DNA of 62,096 nt. It comes from an uncultured Pelagibacteraceae bacterium. GTDB lineage: Bacteria > Pseudomonadota > Alphaproteobacteria > Pelagibacterales > AG-422-B15. This document shows positions 52,072-61,881 of the stretch, in pieces. The notes beneath the pieces are model-generated. The model had not been told where the DNA came from and did not search any database. It saw only the letters and a list, made by a program, of their open reading frames with translations. The DNA is taken from assembly GCA_905182145.1 (NCBI GenBank), contig CAJJAN010000005.1, positions 1-62,096 of the forward strand, given 5' to 3'. How positions within the stretch are numbered: the stretch's first letter is position 1; each line of letters starts with the position of its first letter. Both the position numbers and the translations under genes were made by a program.

Positions 52072-53481
52072 ATGAGAATTATAAATGTATTAGAATTAGA
52101 CTATCAAGAGCCCATTATTTTTTTTCAAAAACTAAAGGGTTTAGATGGTTTAACCTATTTAGATAGTGCGGGTAAAGATGTAGCTTTAAATCAGTATAGT
52201 TATATTGCAGCTCTACCAGTATTAAAGATACATAAAAAGAAAAGTAATATTTTTATTGATAATAAGACTTCAAACAGCTCTTTTTTTGAAATTATCGAAG
52301 ACTTGCTAGATACTTTACAGGCAGAAAAAATTCCAAATTTACCAAGCTTTCAATGTGGCTTAGCTGGATTTATTTCATATGAGTCATGTCTAGACATCGA
52401 AAAAATTAAAAATGTAAAAAATAGTAACTATGATTTTGATGATATCTGGTTTGGTTTATATGATGTTGTTTTTGCCTTTGATCACAAAAAACGTAAGACG
52501 TATGTATTCTCTGTAAATTTAGATGATTATCAAGCAAATACAGACAATATGCTAAATGTTGTAAAATCAGAATATTTATTAGATCTATATAAAAATGATA
52601 CAGCCATAGTTAAAAAGAAACATAATTTCAATTTTGAATGGAAGCCCTATCAAGATAAAGATTCCTATAAACAATCAATTAATAAAATTTTAGAATATAT
52701 TAAGGCAGGAGATATATTCCAAGCAAATTTTACACATTGTTTTTTTGCTAGCAATAATAGTTTGAATAATCATTTTGATACATATTTAAATTATAGAAAA
52801 AAAACTCAAACACCTTTTTCTGCATTTATATCTAATAATAAAGATGATGCAGTATGTTCATTTTCCCCTGAAAGACTTTTAAGTTTGGATGATAAAATAA
52901 TTACTGCTGCACCAATAAAAGGAACTACTCCACGAGGCTTAACAGATAAGCAAGACAAGGCATTAATTGAAGACTTAGTTAACAGTAAAAAAAATTTAGC
53001 AGAAAACTTGATGATTGTTGATGTACTGCGCAATGATATTTCTAGAGTCTCTATTACAGGTAGTGTTGAAGTCAAAAAATTAGCATCACTTGAAACTTAC
53101 GAAAATGTTCATCATCTAGTTTCATATATATCTAGTAGAATTCAACCTGGAAAAAAAGCTGTAGACTTACTAAAAGCTTGCTTACCAGGAGCATCAGTGA
53201 CTGGTGCCCCCAAAATAAGAGCAATGGAAATAATTAGTGAATTAGAAGAAACTGCAAGAGGTCCCTATTGTGGCGCTCTTGGATATATTTCATTGTGTGG
53301 GTCATTAGACATGAATATTCCTATTCGAACTATTTTATTAACTAAAGATAAGATAGTTGTTAATTGTGGTGGGGGAATCGTAAGTGATTCTGATTCCGAA
53401 TTAGAGTACCAAGAGTCTATTGATAAGATAAGTAATTTATTAAATACTAACTATGACCAAAGTCAGATTAAACTAAATTGA
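52072..53481 (+). CDS. pabB: Aminodeoxychorismate synthase component I
   Basis: Chorismate-binding C-terminal blocks PGASVTGAPK.RAMEII.ELE...RG.YCGA.GY. A class-IV aminotransferase (pabC) follows. Start set at ATG 52072, after the tRNA. Confidence 0.8.
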   Translation: MRIINVLELDYQEPIIFFQKLKGLDGLTYLDSAGKDVALNQYSYIAALPVLKIHKKKSNIFIDNKTSNSSFFEIIEDLLDTLQAEKIPNLPSFQCGLAGFISYESCLDIEKIKNVKNSNYDFDDIWFGLYDVVFAFDHKKRKTYVFSVNLDDYQANTDNMLNVVKSEYLLDLYKNDTAIVKKKHNFNFEWKPYQDKDSYKQSINKILEYIKAGDIFQANFTHCFFASNNSLNNHFDTYLNYRKKTQTPFSAFISNNKDDAVCSFSPERLLSLDDKIITAAPIKGTTPRGLTDKQDKALIEDLVNSKKNLAENLMIVDVLRNDISRVSITGSVEVKKLASLETYENVHHLVSYISSRIQPGKKAVDLLKACLPGASVTGAPKIRAMEIISELEETARGPYCGALGYISLCGSLDMNIPIRTILLTKDKIVVNCGGGIVSDSDSELEYQESIDKISNLLNTNYDQSQIKLN

Positions 53482-54314
53482 TGTCTATGATTATTTATGC
53501 AAATGGAAAATATATCCCACAAAAAAAACTAACTTTTGATATATCAGATAGAGGATTATTATTAGGCGATGGCATCTTTGATACGATGCTTTATCAAGAA
53601 AAATTAATTTATTATAATGATCATTACAAAAGACTAAAGTCTGCAGCCAAACTACTTTCTTTTAATTTCAATTTAACTAATGAACAGCTAAAAAAAATTA
53701 TTAATAATTTGATAATCAAAAATAATTTTCAAAATAAAAAAGTTGCTATCAGAACTAATATAACAAGAGGAATTTCAAAAAGAGGCTTAGATTTTGAGAA
53801 GTCTCATAAAATTGGAATTTATATAAAATTAAATTTAATTCCTAAATCATTATTCATGAAACCAATTAGATTAGGATTAGCTAGTATTAGAAGGAATAGT
53901 ACATCTCCTATTTCTCAAAATAAGACACTTAATTATTTAGACAATGTAATTGAAAAGAATAGAGCTGCTAAAAATGGTTGTGAAGATGCAATATTTTTAA
54001 ATATTAATGGTAAAATTAGCTGTACAACTACTTCAAATATATTTTATGTTCAAAAAAATAAGATATACACTCCTCCTTTAAAAGATGGAGTTCTAAATGG
54101 TGTCATGAGAGAACAATTTCTCAAAAAAAAGATTGCAACAACGCAAACATCAACATTAAATAACCTATTGAAAAGTGAGTATATTTTTTTAACAAATAGT
54201 ATTTTTGGGATAAGGCCGGTTAAATCAATATTTGGATACAGAAAAACATTTGAAGATAATAAAAAATTCTATACAAATCTTGTAGACATCTTAGAAAATA
54301 AAAAAATTATATGA
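53478..54314 (+). CDS. pabC: Aminodeoxychorismate lyase / class IV aminotransferase
   Basis: 278 aa class-IV fold (DRGLLLGDGIFDT, the K..NYL PLP-lysine region). It overlaps the pabB stop. Confidence 0.7.
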   Translation: MMSMIIYANGKYIPQKKLTFDISDRGLLLGDGIFDTMLYQEKLIYYNDHYKRLKSAAKLLSFNFNLTNEQLKKIINNLIIKNNFQNKKVAIRTNITRGISKRGLDFEKSHKIGIYIKLNLIPKSLFMKPIRLGLASIRRNSTSPISQNKTLNYLDNVIEKNRAAKNGCEDAIFLNINGKISCTTTSNIFYVQKNKIYTPPLKDGVLNGVMREQFLKKKIATTQTSTLNNLLKSEYIFLTNSIFGIRPVKSIFGYRKTFEDNKKFYTNLVDILENKKII

Positions 54315-56095
54315 GCATATTAAAAAGTATTAAAACAGAGTGGACATATCTAAGCTTTTTATTACCCTTACTTAGCAAGACTAATAAATTAGATAAAAAT
54401 CTTACCCTTACTGTGGCAGATTTAATAGAAGAGCAGGTTGATAAGAATCCTAATTTAATTGCATTAGAGTATGAGGATAAAAAATATACTTATCAGCAAC
54501 TTGATCAAGAAGCCAACAAAGTAGCAAACTGGGCAATAGATAAAGGCTACAAATATGGAGATGTTATTTCTCTTTTAATGGAGAATAAGCCTGAATTCTT
54601 ATTTGCTTGGATTGGACTAGCTAAAATAGGAATTATAACAGCATGCTTAAATTCAAATATTAAAGGCAAGTCATTATCTCATTGTATCGGTGCATCAAAG
54701 AGTGCATCTATTATTATTGGTGAGGAGTGTTTAGATAATTTCTCTTCTGCAGAAGATATTCTTGATCAAAAAATTGATGCATTTATTTACGGAGAAGAAG
54801 TTCAAGGCTTTGAGAATATCAAGTCTGATAATTATTCAAGACCTGATAAGAAACATAGAAAAGATTTAATCAATACTGATTCATTATTTTATATATACAC
54901 CAGTGGAACAACAGGTCTTCCTAAGGCCTCTAAATTTAATCATGCAAGGTTTGTAGCTGGAGCATCATTACAATCTATGTCATTAAAAATGAATACAAGT
55001 GATAAAACTTATATGGTTTTACCTTTATATCATTCGACCGGTGGCGTTGTGGGTGTTGGAGCTACATTTTTAACAGGTGGTACCCTCGTGCTTAGAAGAA
55101 AATTTTCTGCTGAGAATTTTTGGAAAGACTGTGCCAAAAAAGAAATTACTATTATCACCTACATTGGAGAAATGCTGAGGTATCTTGTTAATACAAAAGA
55201 GTCTGAATTTGAAAATAAGCATAAAATTAGAGGAATATTTGGCAATGGATTACGCCCCGACGTTTGGAAAGTCTTTGAGAAAAGATTTAATATTTCAAAT
55301 ATTATTGAATTTTATGGATCATCAGAAGGAAATATATCTCTTATAAATGCTGATAGTTATTTTGGCTCAATAGGAAGAATACCACCTTATCTTGGCTCCA
55401 AAATGAAAACGAAAATTGTAAAATTTAATGTTGAAGAAGAAAAAGTTATTCGTAACTCTGATGGATTTTGTATAGAATGCAATCCTGATGAAATTGGTGA
55501 AGCGATCGGTCTTATTCCAGATGATGGAAAGTTTGCAGGTAGATATGATGGCTATACAAACAAAGAGGCTTCAAAGAAAAAAATACTTGAAAATGTTTTT
55601 GAAAGTGGTGATCGCTGGTTCTCTTCTGGTGATTTATTAAAGAGAGACTCAAAAGGATACTTCTACTTTATTGATCGAATTGGAGATACCTTTAGATGGA
55701 AGTCTGAAAATGTATCTACAAATGAAGTAAGTGAAGTTGTCTCTGCAATTCCAGGAATTAAAGAAGCAAATATTTATGGTGTTGAAGTGCCTGCTCAAGA
55801 TGGTAGAGCTGGTATGGCGTCATTAGTTACTGATGAAAATTTTTTAATCTCAGAATTTTATGAACTGTTACTTGATCAGCTACCTAAATATTCAATACCT
55901 GTTTTCTTGAGAATATCTCCAGAAATCGAAATAACTGGAACTTTTAAATATAAAAAAACAGATTTAGTTAAAGATGGTTTTGATCCCAATACCATTTCTG
56001 ATGAGCTTTATTTTGCAGATGTATTGACTAATCAATATATAAAATTGGATTCAGATCTTTTTCAAAAAATTCACAATCAAGAAGTAAGAGTTTAA
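54311..56095 (+). CDS. Very-long-chain acyl-CoA synthetase / fatty acid transport protein (FATP) family
   Basis: AMP-binding motif YIYTSGTTGLPKA and the FATP signature YFYFIDRIGDTFRWKSENVSTNEV. Confidence 0.85.
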   Translation: MSILKSIKTEWTYLSFLLPLLSKTNKLDKNLTLTVADLIEEQVDKNPNLIALEYEDKKYTYQQLDQEANKVANWAIDKGYKYGDVISLLMENKPEFLFAWIGLAKIGIITACLNSNIKGKSLSHCIGASKSASIIIGEECLDNFSSAEDILDQKIDAFIYGEEVQGFENIKSDNYSRPDKKHRKDLINTDSLFYIYTSGTTGLPKASKFNHARFVAGASLQSMSLKMNTSDKTYMVLPLYHSTGGVVGVGATFLTGGTLVLRRKFSAENFWKDCAKKEITIITYIGEMLRYLVNTKESEFENKHKIRGIFGNGLRPDVWKVFEKRFNISNIIEFYGSSEGNISLINADSYFGSIGRIPPYLGSKMKTKIVKFNVEEEKVIRNSDGFCIECNPDEIGEAIGLIPDDGKFAGRYDGYTNKEASKKKILENVFESGDRWFSSGDLLKRDSKGYFYFIDRIGDTFRWKSENVSTNEVSEVVSAIPGIKEANIYGVEVPAQDGRAGMASLVTDENFLISEFYELLLDQLPKYSIPVFLRISPEIEITGTFKYKKTDLVKDGFDPNTISDELYFADVLTNQYIKLDSDLFQKIHNQEVRV

Positions 56096-56162
56096 ATATT
56101 TTACTAATTTAATATTTAACAATATATAAATTGAAATATTAATAGATACTTATCAATTATTT

Positions 56163-57092
56163 ATGAAAAAGAAAATTTATCTCATTGCACCAAGAGGGTT
56201 TTGTGCTGGAGTAACAAGAGCAGTGGATACTGTAACGCTTACTCTAGAAAAATATGGGGCACCTGTTTATGTTAAGCATGAAATTGTTCATAATAAGCAT
56301 GTAATTGATGAACTGCAGGATAAGGGTGCAATCTTTATTGAAGATTTAAATGATGTACCTAATGATAGACCTTTAATTTTTTCAGCTCATGGGGTATCTA
56401 AAAAAATTACTAATCAGGCTAAAGAGAAAAAAAATGAAATTATAGATGCAACTTGTCCACTCGTTACTAAAGTACATATTCAAGCTCTAAAATTTTATAA
56501 TCGTGGATATGATTTAATTTTAATAGGACATAAAAACCACCCAGAAGTAGAGGGAACTATGGGCCAAGTCCCAGAAGAAAAAATTACCTTAGTTGAAAAT
56601 ATTAAAGATGTTGAAAATCTTAAATTAAAAAATGATAAGATTGCCTATATTACTCAAACTACATTATCAGTTGAAGATACTAGTATGATAATAAAAGAAT
56701 TGAAGAAGAAATTTCCTCATATTGAAAGTTCTCCAAAAGAAGACATCTGCTATGCAACTACTAATAGGCAGAATGCTGTTAAAGAATTTGCAAGTGCATG
56801 TGATGCGTTCATTATAGTAGGATCAAATAATTCATCAAATTCAAATAGACTAGTAGAAGTTGCAAAAAATTCAGGTTGTTTAAAGTCTGATTTAATTGAA
56901 GATGCAAAAAGTCTTAATGTAGATGAATATAAAAACTATAAATCAATAGGCATTTCATCCGGCGCATCAGTCCCAGATATTTTAGTCATGTCAGTTATAG
57001 AAAAATTAAAAGATAGCTATGAGCTAGACGTTGAAGAAATGACATTAGATAAGGAGAATGTTACATTTCGCATACCATCCAGTCTGAGATAA
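56163..57092 (+). CDS. ispH: 4-hydroxy-3-methylbut-2-enyl diphosphate reductase
   Basis: PRGFCAGV, CPLVTKVH and the third Cys in ICYATTNRQ, which are the [4Fe-4S] ligands. Confidence 0.93.
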   Translation: MKKKIYLIAPRGFCAGVTRAVDTVTLTLEKYGAPVYVKHEIVHNKHVIDELQDKGAIFIEDLNDVPNDRPLIFSAHGVSKKITNQAKEKKNEIIDATCPLVTKVHIQALKFYNRGYDLILIGHKNHPEVEGTMGQVPEEKITLVENIKDVENLKLKNDKIAYITQTTLSVEDTSMIIKELKKKFPHIESSPKEDICYATTNRQNAVKEFASACDAFIIVGSNNSSNSNRLVEVAKNSGCLKSDLIEDAKSLNVDEYKNYKSIGISSGASVPDILVMSVIEKLKDSYELDVEEMTLDKENVTFRIPSSLR

Positions 57093-57094
57093 TT

Positions 57095-57541
57095 ATGTAT
57101 ACAATAAACGAATTATCTTGGGATTTTCCTAACCCACATATTTTAAAATTTCAGGTTATTGAAGATAATATCGATATTCTTGGGCACGTTAATAATAAAG
57201 TATATTTAGATTGGTCCGAAGCTGTGAGTTGGGATCACTCTAATTTACTTGGCGTTTCACATGAAGATTTTAAAAAAGTTAAAAGTGCCTGTGTAGTTGT
57301 TCGAAATAAGATTGAATATTTAGCCTCTCTTTTCTTAGATGATGAAATAGCAATTTCAACTTGGATTACTCAATGTGATCATAAAATCAAGCTGAGCAGA
57401 CTTTTTCAGGTAATACGTATAGCTGACAATAAAACTATTTTTCGATCAAATGTTGATTATGTCTGTGTAAGTCTAGAAAACTATAAGCCCAGAAGAATGC
57501 CTGATTTATTTAAAAAATCATACAAAGTGACGACAAAATAA
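57095..57541 (+). CDS. Hotdog-fold acyl-CoA thioesterase (4HBT/YbgC-like)
   Basis: 148 aa. The N-terminal D.LGHVNN..Y motif is typical of 4HBT-type thioesterases. Confidence 0.7.
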   Translation: MYTINELSWDFPNPHILKFQVIEDNIDILGHVNNKVYLDWSEAVSWDHSNLLGVSHEDFKKVKSACVVVRNKIEYLASLFLDDEIAISTWITQCDHKIKLSRLFQVIRIADNKTIFRSNVDYVCVSLENYKPRRMPDLFKKSYKVTTK

Positions 57542-58032
57542 TGGATTATCAAATCAGAAATGTTGAAGTTGCAGATATAGAAGATTTAATTAAAATTAAT
57601 GAGTTATCAGTGCCAGCAGTTAACTCAATTTCCAAGGCTCAATTTGAGTGGTTTCATCAAAACTCAATATATTTTAAATTAATTCAATCAATCAATAATG
57701 AGGTGCAGGGATTTTTATTAGCTCTAAATTCTTTACTTGAATATGAAAGTTTGAATTATAAATGGTTTCAAGAGAGGTATAGTGCATTTGCCTATATTGA
57801 TCGTATAGCCATACTAGAAGAATATAAAAGAAGTGGTTTAGGAAAAAAATTATATTTAGACCTAGAAAAGTCAATTAAATCTAATTATAAAATGATCACA
57901 TGCGAATATAATTTAAAACCTATGAATCATGAATCGGAAAAATTTCACATATCAATTGGCTATCAACGAGTTGGCAAATTGAATACTCAAGAAGGCACTA
58001 AAGAAGTATCTCTAATGGTTAAAAATTTATGA
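57541..58032 (+). CDS. GNAT family N-acetyltransferase (COG3818-like)
   Basis: Acetyl-CoA binding region R.GLGKKLY. The YIDRI....Y and CEYNL.P.N..S..FH patterns are recalled for this GNAT subgroup. Confidence 0.62.
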   Translation: MDYQIRNVEVADIEDLIKINELSVPAVNSISKAQFEWFHQNSIYFKLIQSINNEVQGFLLALNSLLEYESLNYKWFQERYSAFAYIDRIAILEEYKRSGLGKKLYLDLEKSIKSNYKMITCEYNLKPMNHESEKFHISIGYQRVGKLNTQEGTKEVSLMVKNL

Positions 58033-59129
58033 GTAATAATACTGTAGATACAGTCGTCATAGGGGCTGGAGTTGTTGGTTTAGCTATAGCTAGAGAATTA
58101 GCTCAGCGCAAAAAAGATGTAATTGTTATTGAAAAAGAAACAACCTTTGGGTCAATCACAAGCACAAGAAATAGTGGAGTTATTCATGCTGGTATTTATT
58201 ATGATGCCGGCTCAATGAAAGCTAAGTTATGCGCTAAGGGCAACAGAGCTTTATATGATTATTGTAATAAAAAGAATGTACCTCACATAAATGTTGGTAA
58301 ATTTGTTGTAGCCACTTCAGAAGATGAGGCTAAAAAATTAGATTCAATTTATAATAAGGCTGAAGAAAATGAGGTAGTTGGCATATCAAGAGTTACCAAA
58401 GACTACGTTAATAAAAAAGAGCCATTGGTAGTATGTTATGAAGCATTAGAAGTTAAATCTACGGGAATAGTTGATCAGCAATCATTAATGCGATCTTACA
58501 TTGGCGATTTTGAGGATAATGGAGGTATGATTGCCTATAATACAGAAATTAAAGATATTCATATTGAAGGTCAAAAATTCAAAATTATTTCATCAGATGG
58601 AACAATAATTATAGCTAATTCATTAATTAATGCAGCTGGTCTTGAGGCTCATAATATTACTGGGTTAATTGATGGGTTTAGCAAGGATCTAATACCTAAA
58701 ATCTATTATGCTAAAGGTAATTACTTTGAAACTAATAAGAAGCTTGGTATTAAACATTTAATATATCCATTACCTACAGAAGCTAGTTTAGGCCTGCATC
58801 TTGGATTAGATTTGTCAATGCAAATGAGATTTGGGCCAGATGTAGAGTGGGTAGATCAAATAAATTATACAGTTGACCCATCTAGAGTGAATTTATTCTA
58901 TAATGATATTGTTAAATATCTTCCAGCTATAAAAAAAGAAGATCTTCGTCCGGGGTATTCTGGTATCAGACCTAAATTAAAAAATAAAGGCGAAGGTAAA
59001 AGTGATTTTATGATTCAATCTAGCAAGGAACATGGGGTGAAAAATTTGGTGAATTTATTTGGAATGGAGTCTCCAGGACTCACATCATCTTTAGTCATTG
59101 CAGACTATGTTTCAAATCTAGTTGAGTAA
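58029..59129 (+). CDS. FAD-dependent oxidoreductase (COG0579, L-2-hydroxyglutarate dehydrogenase-like)
   Basis: Dinucleotide fold VVIGAGVVGLAIAREL and the NSGVIHAGIYY motif. The substrate is unknown. Confidence 0.72.
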   Translation: MSNNTVDTVVIGAGVVGLAIARELAQRKKDVIVIEKETTFGSITSTRNSGVIHAGIYYDAGSMKAKLCAKGNRALYDYCNKKNVPHINVGKFVVATSEDEAKKLDSIYNKAEENEVVGISRVTKDYVNKKEPLVVCYEALEVKSTGIVDQQSLMRSYIGDFEDNGGMIAYNTEIKDIHIEGQKFKIISSDGTIIIANSLINAAGLEAHNITGLIDGFSKDLIPKIYYAKGNYFETNKKLGIKHLIYPLPTEASLGLHLGLDLSMQMRFGPDVEWVDQINYTVDPSRVNLFYNDIVKYLPAIKKEDLRPGYSGIRPKLKNKGEGKSDFMIQSSKEHGVKNLVNLFGMESPGLTSSLVIADYVSNLVE

Positions 59130-59132
59130 TAT

Positions 59133-59978
59133 TTAATCGAAGTGACTATTAATAAATGACTTCATTTTATTCATAGCATTTTTTTCAATTTGTCTTACTC
59201 TTTCCTTAGAAATTTTTAGTTTTTTACCCAAATATTCCAAAGTTTTAGGATTTTCTGATAGATGACGTTCATTAATAATCTGAGTTTCTCTTTCATCCAG
59301 TGAACCAATAGCAGTACTAACCATATCTTTCTTATGATTAATCTCATCTTTAGCAAAAACTATGTTATCAGGTCTAGCGTTCTCATCTTCAAGTAACGAT
59401 AAGAATTCATCTTGGCCGTCTTCACTAATTTTTTTGTTAAGAGAGCTGTCGTTTTGTGTGATTCTACTATCCATATTAACTACTGCAGAAGTAGATATAT
59501 TTAGATCACTAGCAATATTTTCAGCCATACTGTAATCAATATTACCAGAATCCGTACCATTAATTTTTTGCTTTAAACGACGTAAACTAAAAAATAAACT
59601 TTTTTGCTTTGAAGTAGTTGCTATTCTTACAATAGACCAATGCTTTAGTAGAAAGTCTTGAATCGACGCCCTAATCCACCAACTTGCATAAGTTGAAAAT
59701 CTAAAACCACGATCAGGATCAAATTTTTGAGCAGCTTTCATTAATCCAATATTACCTTCTTGAATTAAATCACCAAGAGAAAGCCCGTATTGCTTATATT
59801 TTACGGCAAATGAAACTACTAGTCTCATATGGGCTTGAATGAGTTCATGAAGAGCTTTTTCGTCTTTTTTGTCTCTCCATTTTAATGCAAGATCTAGCTC
59901 ATGTGTTTCTTCTAATAATGGAAGAGACATAGCTGTTTTTACAAAACTTTTACTATCGTTATCAATAAAATTTGTCAT
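59133..59978 (-). CDS. rpoH: RNA polymerase sigma-32 (heat shock sigma factor)
   Basis: Region 2 GNIGLMKAAQKFDPDRGFRFSTYASWWIR, the RpoH-box-like KQKSLFFSLRRLK, and region 4 SKERVRQIE. Confidence 0.9.
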   Translation of the reverse strand: MTNFIDNDSKSFVKTAMSLPLLEETHELDLALKWRDKKDEKALHELIQAHMRLVVSFAVKYKQYGLSLGDLIQEGNIGLMKAAQKFDPDRGFRFSTYASWWIRASIQDFLLKHWSIVRIATTSKQKSLFFSLRRLKQKINGTDSGNIDYSMAENIASDLNISTSAVVNMDSRITQNDSSLNKKISEDGQDEFLSLLEDENARPDNIVFAKDEINHKKDMVSTAIGSLDERETQIINERHLSENPKTLEYLGKKLKISKERVRQIEKNAMNKMKSFINSHFD

Positions 59979-60103
59979 AGATGAAAACTATGTTAATTTT
60001 ATTCTAATGAAAACTTTAAATAACAAATATCGATTCTATTCAATGCCATATTGACATTATTAGTTTAGGATCACCGTAAGATTGATAATCATTAGCAAAT
60101 AAA

Positions 60104-61543
60104 ATGTCAAAAAAACCAACAGGTTCTATAATATATTGGATTAGATCAGATTTAAGACTTAATGATAATATTGCACTTTGGGAAGCAGCCAAATCCAATA
60201 AGGATCTTATTGTAATTTATATTAAAGATTTAATTACAGGCCCTCTACAGATTAAATCAGCAGCAGATATATGGACTAATAAAAGTCTATTAGAACTTTC
60301 AGCCCGGTATAAAAAATTATTTAACCTTCGTTTGAATGTATATAATCAGGATTATAATACTGTTCTAAAATCTCTGTATAAAGAAACTAAATTTTCACAT
60401 CTTTATATCAATAATACATATGATCCTGAAATTGATGCAATTGACAATTCTATTAATAAAGAATTTGGAAGCTTATTTAAAATAAACGCGTACAACTCAT
60501 CATTATTGTTTAATCCGAATGAAATTTTAAATAATGCAGGAAGTTTTTTTAAAGTGTACACACCATTCTGGAAAAATGCTCTGAACAAGCTGAACCTTAG
60601 AGAGCCTTTACCACTTCCAAATATAAAGTATGTGTATCAAAAAGAAATTTTATCACTAAAGAATATTGCAATAAGTGACGTTGATGGAAAGTGGGGGAAA
60701 AAAATATTATCTTATTTTAATCCGGGAGAAATCAGTGCTAGAGAAATGCTTGGAAAAACATCAACTAATATAAAGGGATATTCAGAAGGTAGAGATTTTC
60801 CAATCAAAAATAATACTAGTCAGCTATCACCTTACATAGCAAGAGGCGAGTTATCAGTTAATGAAATATTCTATCTAATGAGAAAAAATAAGAAAAAAAT
60901 TAATATCAACGATTATGCAAAATTTACGTCACAGCTAGGATGGCGTGAGTTCTCATACAATATTTTGTATAATTTTCCAAAATTACCAAGGAAAAATTTT
61001 ATTAGTAAGTTCGATAATTTTCCCTGGAGCAAAAATAGCAAACTTTTAAATTTATGGAAAAAAGGCTTAACGGGATACCCTATTGTAGATGCTGGAATGA
61101 GAGAATTGCGAACTACAGGATATATGCATAATAGACTAAGAATGATTGTTGCTTCATTTTTAATCAAAAACTTAAATATTTCATGGGTAGAGGGTGCTAA
61201 ATGGTTTTGGGAAAATCTTTTTGATGCAGATATTGCCAATAACTCATCTGGATGGCAATGGGTTGCAGGCTGTGGAACTGATGCAGCTCCTTATTTTAGA
61301 ATTTTTAACCCTACTTTACAAAGTGTAAGATTTGATAAGGATGGAGAATATATTAGAAAGTGGGTACCCGAACTAAAAGATTTGCCAAATAAGCTCATTC
61401 ATTCTCCATGGGAATTAACTGAAATGGAGCTACTAACCTATGATGTAAAATTAGGAAAAGATTATCCCCATCCTGTAGTTGATCACAAAACAACAAGAGA
61501 TGAAGCTTTAAGAAATTATAAAAAAATCAATATAGCTAAATGA
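60104..61543 (+). CDS. phrB: Deoxyribodipyrimidine photolyase (class I CPD photolyase/cryptochrome family)
   Basis: FAD-binding domain motifs WREFSY, GYMHNRLRM and GWQWVAGCGTDAAPYFRIFNP. Confidence 0.9.
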   Translation: MSKKPTGSIIYWIRSDLRLNDNIALWEAAKSNKDLIVIYIKDLITGPLQIKSAADIWTNKSLLELSARYKKLFNLRLNVYNQDYNTVLKSLYKETKFSHLYINNTYDPEIDAIDNSINKEFGSLFKINAYNSSLLFNPNEILNNAGSFFKVYTPFWKNALNKLNLREPLPLPNIKYVYQKEILSLKNIAISDVDGKWGKKILSYFNPGEISAREMLGKTSTNIKGYSEGRDFPIKNNTSQLSPYIARGELSVNEIFYLMRKNKKKININDYAKFTSQLGWREFSYNILYNFPKLPRKNFISKFDNFPWSKNSKLLNLWKKGLTGYPIVDAGMRELRTTGYMHNRLRMIVASFLIKNLNISWVEGAKWFWENLFDADIANNSSGWQWVAGCGTDAAPYFRIFNPTLQSVRFDKDGEYIRKWVPELKDLPNKLIHSPWELTEMELLTYDVKLGKDYPHPVVDHKTTRDEALRNYKKINIAK

Positions 61544-61881
61544 GTAGAGATAAAATTGAATATTCAGATTTTGAAAAAATTAAGATGGTTACAGGTACAA
61601 TTACTGAGGCAAAAATCAACCCAAAAGCTAGAAAGCCCGCTTATATACTTAAAGTTGACTTTGGACATGAAATTGGCATTAAAACAAGCTCAGCTCAGAT
61701 AACAAATTATAGCATTGAAGAGCTAATTAATAAGCAAATTGTAGCTGTAATAAATTTTGAAAAGAAAAATATAGCTGGAATTGAGTCAGAGGTTTTAATT
61801 TTAGGTGCAGTTGATAATGATAATAATATTTTACTTCTTAGTGCCGATAAAAATATAACTAACGGACTTACAGTCGCATAA
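61540..61881 (+). CDS. csaA: tRNA-binding (EMAP/CsaA-like) domain protein
   Basis: 113 aa OB-fold pattern: F.K...V.G.I.EA......ARKPAY.L.VDFG. It overlaps the phrB stop. Confidence 0.72.
   Translation: MSRDKIEYSDFEKIKMVTGTITEAKINPKARKPAYILKVDFGHEIGIKTSSAQITNYSIEELINKQIVAVINFEKKNIAGIESEVLILGAVDNDNNILLLSADKNITNGLTVA

Noticed and set aside
59979-60103. Sigma-32 or sigma-70 promoters for the divergent rpoH and phrB genes. Candidates were a TTGACA at about 60051 and an ATTGAA-N15-TTATTT on the minus strand.
   Set aside because: The spacing to any acceptable -10 element is wrong or the hexamers are weak. In DNA this AT-rich, such partial matches are expected by chance.
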